DNA of 64,000 nucleotides from Dictyostelium discoideum (Eukaryota): NCBI GenBank assembly GCA_000004695.1, contig CM000152.2, positions 5,792,001 through 5,856,000 on the forward strand, written 5' to 3'. Positions 17,860-30,315 of the stretch are shown piece by piece; the stretch's first letter is position 1; each line of letters begins with the position of its first letter. The translations under genes and the position numbers were made by a program. The notes below the pieces were generated by a model, which was not told the DNA's origin, did no database searches, and saw nothing but the letters and a program-made list of their open reading frames with translations.

Positions 17860-19054
17860 TAAAATAAAAAAAAAAAATTATTTATTATATAATAAAAGTG
17901 GGTGAGTTTGTGGTTGTGAATGTGAGTGTTGGTGTGTGTGTTGATATTGATTGTTTTTTTTTTTTTTAATGTTTAAATATAAATAAATAAATAATTAAAT
18001 AAAAAAATTATTGTTGTTGTGCTTGTATAATTTTTTGAAAAAAAAAAAAAATAAAATAAAAAAAAAAAATCAATTTTTTTTATTATTTTTTTTTTATTTT
18101 TAATTTTATTTTTTATTTTTAATTTTTTTTTTTTTTTTTTTTTTTTTATGGAGGCAAAGGGGTTATCTTGTTTTTTTATTTTTAATTTTTTTTTTTTTAT
18201 TTTTAATTTTTCTCTCGATTAAAAAAAAAAAAAAAAAAAAAAAATTTCCAAAAATGATTCAGCGTGAATTTTTCTTTTTTCTATTTTTTTTTTTTTTTAT
18301 TATTATTTATTTGTTTTTTATTTTTAATTTTGATTACTTTTTCAAAATGAAATAATTTAAAATGAATTATTATTGATTGTTGTAATGTGGTGTGTGTGTG
18401 TGTGTGTGTGGTGTGTATGAGAAGAATAAAATCTTATAAAAAAAAAAAAAAAAATAAAAAAAAGTTTTGGAAAAAAAAGTGTTTTTTTTTTTCTGATTTC
18501 ACTCCTAAATTTTTTTCTTTAATTTTTAAAAATAAAATCCTTCATAATTAGGAAAACTAGTTTTTTTTTTGGGCCTTCTTAAATTTTAAAAAAAAAAATA
18601 AAATAAAAATAATTTTTAAAAATAAAATCCTTCATAATAAGGAAAACTTGTTTTTTTTTTTGGGCCTTCTAAATAAAAATAAAAATAAAAATTAAGAAAA
18701 AAAAAAAGAAAAAAAAAAAATTAGAGATGTTTTTATTTTATTTTAAAATAAAAAAAACAGATTCTTTTTGGTATTCACCAAAAAAAAAACGAACAATGAG
18801 AATTTTTTTTTTTTTTTTTTTTTTTTGCCAATCGAGATTGGGAGTAGGAACGAATAACGAAAGAGAAAAAAAAAAAATGGAAGCGGGAATGAAAATAAAT
18901 ATTAAAATACAATAGTATTTAAATTATTTTATTTTTCATTTTTATCTTTATTTTTTTTTATTATCATTATTATTATTATTTTTTTTCTTTTTTATTATCA
19001 TTATTATTATTTTTTTTTTTTTTTTTTGAAATATTATTTTGTAATTTTTTTAAT

Positions 19055-19085
<31 letters not shown>

Positions 19086-19300
19086 GTTTAGAAGTAGATT
19101 TTTTTTTATTTTATTTTATTTTATTTAAATACTGAAAAAATGAAATAATAACTACATAAAGGAGGGAACTTTTTTTTTTTTTTTTCACACAATAACGGTC
19201 AAAATTTTTTTTTTTTTAATTTTTTTAATTTTTTTTTTTTTTTTTTTTTTTTTTTTGAAAGCCATAAAATTTTTTTTTCCTTTTCCTTTTTTTTTTTTTG

Positions 19301-19332
<32 letters not shown>

Positions 19333-19379
19333 TAAATATTAATATTAATAAATATTAATATAGTTCTTTATAAATTATA
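17540..19379. promoter_or_regulatory. Bidirectional (divergent) promoter region, 1.8 kb, between the glycosyltransferase gene (ATG 17539, minus) and the S/T-rich gene (ATG 19380, plus). Contains GT-rich G-box-like elements and a duplicated element of about 65 bp.
   Basis: Both flanking genes start at its edges. It contains (TG)n/GTGTGAGTG-type elements at 17893..17945 and 18381..18412, a direct repeat at 18521..18585 and 18611..18675, and a GC-richer island at 18829..18890. Confidence 0.5.
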
Positions 19380-19699
19380 ATGTCATCAGTTGAGGAACTA
19401 CAACAAGATCAACTACAACAAAAAGAACAACAAATAGAAGAACAAATAGAAGAACAAATAGAGGAAGAAAAAGAACAACAAGAGGAAATAAAAGAAGGGT
19501 CGATATCGATAAAAGACGATGTTGTAATGACAGTACCCATAATAGAGAACCATTTAAATAATAATAATAGTAATAATAAAATAAATAATAATAGTGTTGG
19601 TGGTAATAATAATATTAATAATAATAATAGCACTAAGAGCAATAGCAGCAATAAAACAATGACATCAAATGTTGCATCAATGGCAGTATCAGCAAAATC

Positions 19700-19730
<31 letters not shown>

Positions 19731-21548
19731 TCATCACCAGTGAAATCCAATAGTTTGAATAGATCAGGTGAGATATCAACAAAAAAAGCATCGACCCCAA
19801 CTAAATCATCTCCATTGTCAAGCGGCAATGACATTAAAAAATCGGGTGAATTAAAAATGAGACCTTCACCAGCATTAGAATATAAAAGATCATCCTCTTC
19901 ATCAAGTTTACCAATTTCATCAACAACAACAACAACTAGTAGTAGTAGTAGTAGTGGCGGTGTTTCAAAGAGAGCATCAGTAAACTTATCATCAACATTT
20001 AATGGTAGCAGTTCAAATATTGCAAGACCATCATCTTCATCAGCAATACAATCACCAACTATAAATAAAACTAAATCACTCACTGGTTCCAGTGGTAGTA
20101 GTAGTAGTGGCAGTGGATCACCATCAAGATCAAATACACCAGTTAATAGCACTATCAAACAAACATCAACCACACCAACTTCATCACCAAGAGTAAAAAC
20201 CACTTCTACTGTATCATCATCATCATCATCATCAACTACAACTACATCTAGATTAGGTTCAACAACAACAACAACATCATCAACAACAGTAACATCATCA
20301 CCATCAAGAGTAGCTTCAACATCAAGTTTAACACCACAAAAATCATTAACACCAAATAGATTATCTGGTACATTTCCAAGAACAACCACATCATCATCAA
20401 CACCAACATCTTCACCATTAAGATCGACATCATCAACAACAACTACATCATCATCTACACCAAATAGACTTTCAAGTACAATTAATAAAGTTGTATCATC
20501 GTCACCATCATCAACATCATCATCATCATCTTCACCAACTAGATCAGCAACACCACTTCCACCAACTAGTACATCAAAATTGTCGTCAACGACATCATCA
20601 TCATCATCATCATCATCTACCCCTAATAAAACACCACTTTCAACAAGATCAACATCAACACCATCATTAAGAACACCAGTTACAAATACAACACCAAGTA
20701 AATCACATTCATCATTTAGTACTCCAACATCATCACCATCTATGAAATCATCACCAGGTAAAGAGATGTTGGAATTTTGGAAGAAGAAAGAGACAGAAGC
20801 CTCACCAAAGAGTTCTCCATCAAGATCATTAACATCTTCACCATCAACTTCTTCACCAAGAATATCTTCAACCACTAGACCAGTGTCAATGACACTTAAA
20901 TCACCTCTTGGTAGTATAAGTAGTAGTCCAAGTAGTAGTGGGGTTAAAAAAACTACTACTACAACAACAACACCATCATCACCACTTCCAAATATTAAAT
21001 CAAGTTTAACAAATGGTAATACACCAACTAAACCAACATCAACAACATCAACATCAACAACAACAACATCAACAACATTATCTTCACCAAAATCTATAAG
21101 AAGATTAAGTACTCCAATACTTTCAAATAATTCAACACCAAATAAAGATTCATTAACCAAACCAAAATCAACATCTGGATTCTCAACATCAACCAAATCA
21201 TCACCTGTATCATCTATTAAAAAACCAACAAATCCAAATCCAACTCAACAATTTGTTTCACCAAGTAAATTATCAATTAATGGTTCAGTATCAAAATCAT
21301 CACCAATTAAAATGTCTGAATTAAAACCTGAAGTTAAACAACAAAAACAACAAGAAATTAAAATTGAACAAGTTGAAATTAAAAAAGAAGAAGAGATTAA
21401 AAAGGTAGAACAAGAGGTTAAAAAAGTTAAAGAACAAGAGAAAACAATTGAAATTATTAATGAGGAAACAATGGATGTTGAAAAAATGGAGAATGAAATT
21501 CAAAACCTTGAAAATCAAATTAAAGAACTTGAACTACAAGAAAAACAA

Positions 21549-21593
<45 letters not shown>

Positions 21594-21609
21594 GTTGAAG
21601 CTGTAGAAG

Positions 21610-21701
<92 letters not shown>

Positions 21702-22376
21702 GATGACCAAATTAAAAAGGTACAAATTGAAAATCAAGAAGAAGTTGCACCATCATCATCTGATATTACAAATGTACCAACTGATGGTATTTTCTTTAGT
21801 ACTGAACAAAAGACAGATGATTCATCAAAAACTCAATCATCAGATTCATCAAATACAGATTCATCAGATTCATCAAATACAGATAAACAAGAATCAACAA
21901 ATTCATCACAATCAACATCTATTATCAATACATTATTAAATCATAAAAAAGATAACGAGGATGATGACGATGACGATGAAGATGAAAATAAGAAGCCATT
22001 AAATAAAATAACAGAAAAAGTTGATGATAAAGAACAAGAGAATAAAAATAATAATGAAGAAACAAAAGAAGAGGAAGAAGAAGAAAAAATTAAACAACAA
22101 GTAACCAAACAAGAAGAAATTAAAGAAGGAATTAAAGAAGTTAAAGAAGAAATTAAAGAAGTTAAAGAAGAAGTTAAAGAAGAAGTTAAAGAGGAAATTA
22201 AAGAAGTTAAAGAAGAAGAAGATGATGATAAAAAACGTAAATTTGAAAAAGTTGAAGATTTAATAACCTCTGGCAAAGTTGAAGAGCCTGTTAAGAAGTT
22301 ATTTGTTCCTCCACATTTCATTACATCACTATCATCACCATCTTTAAATTCAACTTCACCAACTATTTTAGAATCC

Positions 22377-22446
<70 letters not shown>

Positions 22447-23420
22447 TACCATCAACAACGACTATAGTATCAGAAAATACGTCATCCTCTGTGGCAAATA
22501 CAACCACAACAACCACAACAACCACAACAACAACTATACCAATAACAGTTACAACAACACCAACAACTACACCAGTTCAATCATTACATTCTTCATTATT
22601 ATTACCAGTACCAAATTCAATTACTTCAACAACTTCAACACCAACAACTCCAACTACATCACCATCACCTGTATTTAATAAACCAATTTTACCACCAAGA
22701 GACTTAAAAGAAGATACCAAAAAGATTTGGTTAAGAGCATTTTCAACTCTTCCAGTTGGAATGGATTTACCAAGATTAGCATCATGTATTTCAGTTTTCG
22801 ATGCAAGATCATCATCATCATCTGAATCACCAACTAAAGATTTAGCACAAAGAGATAGTCCAAAGAAACAAGTCATTGACGTTTTATTAGGTCTTTTACA
22901 ATTATTCCCAGTTTCAGATGATAATACTACAAGTAAAATTAGAAACTCTGAACAATTGATTGAAACATACACAACCATTGGTGAACCACTACCATTTTCA
23001 AAATCATTATTGGAGAATTTCGGTGAACAGTCACCAATTCTTCAAGCTTTGAAAGCTTGCAATCAATCAATTATCGCACCATCTGTTATCGAATTGAAAC
23101 TTGGTATCTGTCAAAGATTAATGTTCAAAGATGCAGGTGGTTGGGAAATTAGCATAAAGGCCATCGATAATGATACCGTCATCATATCACATGTAAAGAA
23201 ACAACAACATATGGATCCACGTAAAGAAGAAGAATACTTTGAATTCCTTTGGGAGTTGGAATTAATATTCAATGGAGATTTATCAAAATTAAATAATGTA
23301 ACACTATCAATATTAGAATTAAAATTCGGTGAAAAAACAAGACAAGATAAAAAAGATGAATATTTATTATTATTTAATGATCATTTAAAAAATAATAAAA
23401 TAAATAAATTAAATAATTAA
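19380..23420 (+). CDS. Large (1346 aa) Ser/Thr-rich, mucin-like low-complexity protein with a central E/K-rich coiled coil and a conserved globular C-terminal domain. Function unknown.
   Basis: ATG at 19380. There are long S/T/P tracts, an 'EIKEVKEEVKEE' repeat region, poly-Q (21609..21699) and poly-N. The C-terminal region (about 250 aa: 'KIWLRAFSTLPVGMDLPRLASCISVF...GWEISIKAIDNDTVIISHVKK...EYFEFLWELELIF') is not low complexity and looks like a helical + PH-like fold. The antisense track ORFs 19409..21196, 21941..22525 and 22577..22978 are reverse-frame artifacts of this GC-richer coding repeat. Confidence 0.7.
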
Positions 23421-23574
23421 AATAAATAATAAATAATAAATAAATAATAAATAATAATAATAATAATAATAATAACTTTTGAAATATTGTCTACATATTA
23501 CCCCCCCCCCCCCTCTTTATTAAATAAAAAAAAAAAATTATAATTTCTAAACTTGTTTTTATTATTTCTTTTTT

Positions 23575-25647
23575 TTAAACATAAAAACCATTACAATTTA
23601 ATAAAACTATATCAGAAATTAATCTTCTTGTAGTTTCACAACTTGTTTCAATATTTACATTTTGTGGTGATAAGTGAATATTTGTAACTTGGTCACTATT
23701 ATTGTTGTTGTTTGTTTTGTTTTTACTTGAAATTTTAATTAAATAATAGTTTTCATTTATTTCGAAATATTCAATAGAATCACCATTATTTTTAAATTGT
23801 TTTGTTGAATTTATAGCCTTTATAATATTTTCAATTGAAAGTGTACCCCAAATAAACTTTTCTTTGATATGAATGATTTTATTACTATCAGAAATATTTG
23901 GTGGTGATATTATTAATTCATGATCACTCATTGATAAAACACCTGATATCTCTGCTACATGAATTGGTTGTTGATTATTTATTGTAGTTGTAGTTGTAGT
24001 AGTTGTATTATTTTTTAATTGTGATGATTTATCTAAAACTTTTGTTTGAATGGTTTGAGCTAATTCTTTATCAATAAAACCAGATTCAAAATTTTGATTA
24101 TTTTGAATTTTAATTGTATCTAATGGTAATATTGTTGTGACTATACCAAAATTACCATTTGAATGTTTATTTTTTACATAATCTTTTTTTTTTTGTATAT
24201 AAATTATTGAGTTAGTATTAAAAAATCAATATGTATATTTTTTAAGTAACTTACTTTTATAAATTCTAGGTATTATTAAATGTTTTGGAGATAATTTTGA
24301 AATTAATAAATTTGCTTCATTAAAATTTATACGAGGATCAATTGGTAAGAATTGAATTCTTGATATTTGTTTAGAGAAAGGTAAGACGGTTGATTTGAAA
24401 TCGAAATCAGGTTCAATTAAGAGTATTGAATTCTTTGGATTATCGTAGAGTTTAATTAGAGTTGTGATATCACCAATTCTACAACTTGGATGACCAGTGA
24501 AAATGATACAAGGATCATTTGCTTGAAAATTTGAATGTACATGTTGATAGGCTTGAAATTGGCCTTTTCTCATTAGATCTTGATGGAGGAAAGGTGTTTC
24601 AGGCATGAAAGCTCTCTCTTGCTTCGATTTATTTAACCACTCTGAATAGATATCGGCATAGGATAACACGGCTTTACTAACGGATGAAACGAAATAAATC
24701 GGAACATAAGGCAGACCGACTTTATTCAAATAGTCTGCTAAATGTTCAAACAAATCCAATATGATACCACATGAATAGGAGGGTATTAAAACTGTACCAC
24801 CTTGTTGTAACGTAGAGCCTATGTTACTGCAAAGTTCACTCAACATTTGGTCGGGTGGATTGTTTGGATAATGATTGATTTTACTTAGAATTAATACATC
24901 TGGATTATCAATTGGTGATAATTGAAATGGTGTTGGATAACGTGATAATGATAAAGACGAATCCGATATATAGACCACCCTTTCAAAGCCTTTACTCTCA
25001 ATGACCCAATTTGCCGATCCTAACCCATAGCCACTACTACTTGGAATACACTCAAATCCATAGTGTTTAATACTTTCATTGAATCGAATCGATTGTATCT
25101 TTTCAAATGATTTCTCTATATCAATCTTTTTATATAAATCCTTCCATCTATAACTATCCCTATATAAATTCTCATTCTCCATACCAACATTATGTACATT
25201 TAATTTCTCTAATATTTCAATATTTTGCCAACAATCTGATAAGTTATTATTATTATTATTATTATTTATACTACTATTACTATATTGTTTATCCATTTGT
25301 ACTAATTCTTCAAGTAATAATCTTTTAATTTTGTTTTAGTATATATATTTATATTTTATATTTTTATTGTTTAATTTTTTTTAAAAAACTTACTTTCCAA
25401 TTTGAACAGTTGGTTCAGTTGCATAAATTTTACCTTGAAAATTTGTATATTCAGTGATAAATGGTAATGCATAGATATTTGTATAATTTGAAATTAAAAT
25501 CATATCAATTGTTGAAAAATCATCAATCATTTCAAATTGAGGACAATTATATTTTATGTTACTACATCCATTATCAATATATAATGTTCCATTTATATTT
25601 TTAAAAAATTGATTCAATTCTTTATCTTTTTCTTTAAATGAATATGA

Positions 25648-25725
<78 letters not shown>

Positions 25726-25857
25726 ATTTAAATTCTTTGGTAAGAAATGAAGTATTGATGAAATTTCTAATGCACAATCTAATAGTATTTTAACATTTTT
25801 ATATTCTAATAGAAAACATGGTGATTGAGCTGATTGACTTAAACAATGAACTTTCAT
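23575..25857 (-). CDS. ints9: Integrator complex subunit 9 (INTS9) homolog, a metallo-beta-lactamase/beta-CASP fold protein. Three exons: 25857..25394, 25321..24255 and 24182..23575; introns 25393..25322 (72 nt) and 24254..24183 (72 nt).
   Basis: The N-terminus 'MKVHCLSQSAQSPCFLLEYKNVKILLDCALE...IYATEPTVQIGK' parallels human INTS9 '[31 protein letters not shown]...VYATEPTVQIGR'. After the first intron (donor GTAAGT, plus-strand 'acttac' at 25388-25393; acceptor AAAAG) the frame gives 'QIGK-LLLEELVQ' (human 'QIGRLLMEELVN'). Further matches are 'IPSSSGYGLGSANWVIES' (human 'TPLSSGYALGSSNWIIQS'), 'PDQMLSELCSNIGSTLQQGGTVLIPSYSCGIILDLFEHL', 'FTGHPSCRIGDI', 'IEPDFDF' and 'LPIDPRINF'. The second intron has donor GTAAGT (plus-strand 'acttac' at 24249-24254); exon 3 supplies the C-terminal domain. 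Confidence 0.85.
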
Positions 25858-25958
25858 TTTTTATGTCAAAAAAATAATTTAAAAAAATAAAAAAAAAAAA
25901 AATAAAAAAAAATAAAAAAATAAAATTAAAAATAAATTAAAGAAAATTTTTTATGAAA

Positions 25959-25999
<41 letters not shown>

Positions 26000-26333
26000 A
26001 AAATGGTGTTAATTAAAAAAAAACGATATTCTGCAAAAATAGATTTTATTATAATCATATGATAATTACGATAATTAACACGCCAAATAACACAAAATAA
26101 TCAAAAATTTAATTTATTTTTTTAAAAAAAAAAAACATCATTAATTAATCTTTATTATAATTTATTTTAAAAATAAAATAAAAATAAAATAAAAATAATA
26201 AATTAAATAAAAATAAAATAAAAAAAATAAAAAAAAAATAAAAAAATAAAAAAAAAGGGGGTTCCTTCCATATCAAAATTTTAAAACTTACATATACGTA
26301 TTTAAAAAAAGGATTTTTAATTTTTAATATCCA

Positions 26334-26364
<31 letters not shown>

Positions 26365-26584
26365 TTTTATTTTCACAAATAATTATTTTAAAATACTTGC
26401 CAGCACATAAAAAATTTATATATATTTTTTATATATATTTTTTATTTATAACTCTATCTCTCAACAGATCTCTCATTATTTTTTAAAATTATTAATTTTA
26501 ATTATTTTTCCAACAAAAAAAAAAATTTTAATTAATTTAAAAAACCCTTTAATTAAAAAAGGTAAATAAAGATTGTTTTGTTTT

Positions 26585-26619
<35 letters not shown>

Positions 26620-27047
26620 TGTTTTTTTTGTTTTTTATTTATTTATTTATTTTTTTTTAAAAAAATATTTTTTTTTTCCTTTATTTTATAGTAATAATAA
26701 AAAAATAAAATAATAGTAATAATAATAATTTTTAAATATAATTGCAATAAAAATTATAGCCAAAATAAAAAAAAAAAATAGTAATAATAGTAGCAATAAA
26801 AATATTAGCACAATAATTTAAACCAATATTAAAAAAAATTATTTATATATAATTAAAAATTTTAAAAAATAAAAATATAAAAAAATTAAAAATAAATACT
26901 AAAAATACTAAAAATTATTTATTATTCAAATAAAAAAAAAAAATTAGAAATAAAAAAATATATATAAATAATAATAATAAATTAAGGTGCACTCAAAAGA
27001 TTAAAAATAAAAATAAAATAAAAAAAATAAATGATATAAAAAACAAA
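25858..27047. promoter_or_regulatory. Divergent promoter region between INTS9 (minus) and the RhoGEF gene (plus).
   Basis: The two ATGs at 25857 (minus) and 27048 (plus) flank a 1.2 kb extremely AT-rich spacer containing long A/T homopolymers. Confidence 0.45.
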
Positions 27048-27606
27048 ATGAATGGTCACAACAGGAATAATAGTGGAGGTGATAGTAATAAAATGGAACA
27101 GATAAAAAATAAATTTTCATCTTCAACAAATAATAATAATAATAATAACAATAATAACAATAACAATAATAATAAGAGACTTAGTAGGGGGAGTACAATT
27201 GGTAATTTTAATAATTCAACACAAAATAATAATACTAATAATAATAATATGAATATGAGTATGAATATGAATAATAATAATAATAATGGAGAAACAAGTG
27301 GATTTATTGCAGATAGGGTGAAATTTTTTCAACAAAAAGATGTGGAATGTAAAACACAATCTCCAATTGTAAACTCTAGACATAATAGACAAAAAAGTAA
27401 CTGTTCAAATGAAGGTTTATCACCTCAAAAATCATCTCCAAAAATTATACCAAAAGAAAACCCACAGCCACCACCCCCACAAATACAAATTCAACAAAAA
27501 CAACCACAACAACCACAACAACCACAAAAACTACAACCAAAACAACCACCAAGAGTACAAAGAGCATCAACATCAATTAATTTAAATAGTAATATATCTG
27601 GTAATG

Positions 27607-27638
<32 letters not shown>

Positions 27639-27779
27639 TTTAATAGTGGTGGTAATAAAAGAAGATCAAGAGGACTATTGCCAACTCCACCAATTTCAAG
27701 ATCGACAAGTATAGATAGTAATTTAGGTGACAATATAAAACAACAACCACCACCACTATCGAATATCGAAAACAATGTA

Positions 27780-27840
<61 letters not shown>

Positions 27841-29924
27841 TTCAAAATAATGTACATAAAGATGAAGTAATTGTAGATGAAGAATATAATCAACAACAAA
27901 TTAGTTTAGAGAATTTAACAATGAATAATTTCGATAATGAAGGATTTGATGTTCATTCAAATACAATTGATGGTTCTAATATTGAATGTAGTGGTAGTAT
28001 TGAAACTATTAATAATGAAGGGTTTGGTGGATTTGGTGGTGATATAAATTGCAATGATTTGGATAATATTGGTAGTGGTGGCAGTGGTGGTATGTTTGAT
28101 CCATATTATAATATAAATCAACATTCTTATAAAAAACGTCCAATGGATAAAGATACCGAGACGGTTTTAGAGGCAATTGATGTTTTAGAAAGGTATCATA
28201 AATCACCTCAATTAGTTGATGTATCAATGTTAATGGAAGCTAATAGTGCAAATTCCACGGACACTGATAGTATTAGCAATGCAAGTGGTACAAGTACTGG
28301 TAGAAATAGTTTAGAAAATAGTGTAATAAACCAATGGAAACCATCCTCTAAACCTCCACAAATACCAATTTCATCTTCTGCATCCTCTTCCTCTTCTTCT
28401 CTTTTATCAACCACATCAACTCAATCTGAACCAATATCGACAATAAATAAAAACCAACGTCAACAAAAAAGAAAATCAAATAGTCAAGGTACATTTTTAT
28501 CAAAATCAACACCTGGAACCACACCTAATCAAACCACTAATTCAAGTGATGAACAATTACAAAGAAAGGTTTTAGAAGAATTATTAGCAACTGAAGAAGA
28601 TTATCTAAGAGATTTAGATTTCATAATAAATGAAATGGTTGAACCATTATCATCAAAAGGAATATTGGATAAACCAAATATAATGAATATATTTTCAAAT
28701 ATTGAAATCATAAGAAATGTTAGTAAAACTATAGTTGATGATTTAAAACAAAATCCATTAACACTTCATTATTGTGTTATGGTTTTTAAAAAAATGGTAA
28801 ATAAGTTTTTTTTTAAAAAAAAAAAAAGAAAATAACAAAATATTTATTTTAATTTTTAATTTTTTTTTTTTTAGTCAGCATTTTTTAAAATGTATTCACA
28901 ATATTGTACACATCATCAGAAATCGATTCAAGTATGTTCAGAATTAGTTAAAAGTAATTCAACATTTTCAACATTTAAAAATGAAATATCAAGTAATAGT
29001 AATGGTAGAGGATTATCAATGTTGGATTATTTAATAAAACCAATTCAACGTATTTGTAAATATCCACTACTATTTAATGAATTATTAAAGAGCACCACAA
29101 AAGATGATGAGGATTTCTCAACATTGACAGAGGTTCATGGTAAACTTGTAGAGGTTGCAGAGTTTGTTAATCAATGTCAACATATTAAAGAAAATAATGA
29201 AAGATTATTAGAGATTCAAAATTGTGTTGAAGGATCTCCATTTCCAATACTTGAATCAACAAGAAAGATATTAAAAGAATGTTGGGTTAGAATTAAAGAG
29301 GGTAAAAATGATAATGACAATCATAATAGATATATTTTCTTATTCAATGATAATATCATGTTTACAAAGAATAGTTCATTCACAAAGAAATATCAATACC
29401 AATATTCATTCTCTTTGCCCTATCATTCAACCAAGTTATTACCTTCTGTTAAACCATTATCAATTCTATTAAATGGTTTAAACTCTGACAATATTTCAAT
29501 ATCCATTGAAGTTATATTTCAAGAACAGGCAGAGAAAGATGAAGTTTCATTGTTATTGGCTGATTTAATAGATCAAGGTAAAAAACAATTGGAAAAATTA
29601 AAAAGTCGTTCATCAGTTTTAATTCCAAAAAATTTATCTGAAAATAATAGTCCAAATACTTTTAAATCAAGTAATATTAATAACAAATCTTCAACAACAT
29701 CATCATCTTCTTTTCAACATCAAAGTAGTAGTAGTAGTATGAGTAATTTAACATCACCTCCATTTATATCAAGATCTCAAACCTCTCAAACTTTATTACA
29801 ACAACAACAGCAGCAACAACAACAACAAAGTAATCCAGCACTATTAAAATTATCAAAAATTATGTTAGAAGAGGATGCCAAAAAAAGAAGATCAACTTTA
29901 AATCCAATCGAAAAGAAAAATTAA
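27048..29924 (+). CDS. Rho guanine-nucleotide exchange factor (Dbl-homology domain) with a long N/Q/P-rich N-terminal region. Two exons: 27048..28796 and 28875..29924, intron 28797..28874 (78 nt). About 933 aa.
   Basis: DH-domain hallmarks are 'QRKVLEELLATEEDYLRDLDFIINEMVEPL', then across the intron (GTAAAT...TTTTAG) '...VMVFKKM|SAFFKMYSQYCTHHQKSIQ', then 'LSMLDYLIKPIQRICKYPLLFNELLKST'. The frame is preserved (28796-27048+1 = 1749 nt; 28875 and the track ORF start 28890 are in the same frame). Downstream of the DH domain there is a likely PH-like segment. Confidence 0.8.
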
Positions 29925-30180
29925 TTGTTTTTTTTTTTTTTTTACAAATTAAAATATTGGAAAATTTTGGAAAAATACTTGAAAATATTGGAAAAAAAAA
30001 AAAAAAAAAAAGAAATATTTATTTATTTATTTACAGAAAACACATATTTGTAAAAAAAAAAAAAAAAAAAGGAAAATAAAACAATTTTAATTTCATAATT
30101 TTTTCATTTCAAAAAAAAATAAATAATTGGTTAAATAAAAAAAAATAGTTTGGAAAAAAAAAAAAGAAAAAAAAAAAAAG

Positions 30181-30251
<71 letters not shown>

Positions 30252-30315
30252 CAAAAAATAAAAAATTATTATTATTTTTAGTTTTTTGTTGTATAGGAAA
30301 AAAAAAAAAAAAGCA

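Noticed and set aside
19409-21196. 595-codon antisense ORF ('MVDVENPD...') plus 21941..22525 and 22577..22978 on the minus strand
   Set aside because: They lie opposite the S/T-rich coding repeats of gene 19380..23420, and their V/D/G-rich translations are the mirror composition of the sense strand. Long antisense ORFs are expected by chance in codon-biased, stop-poor repeats.
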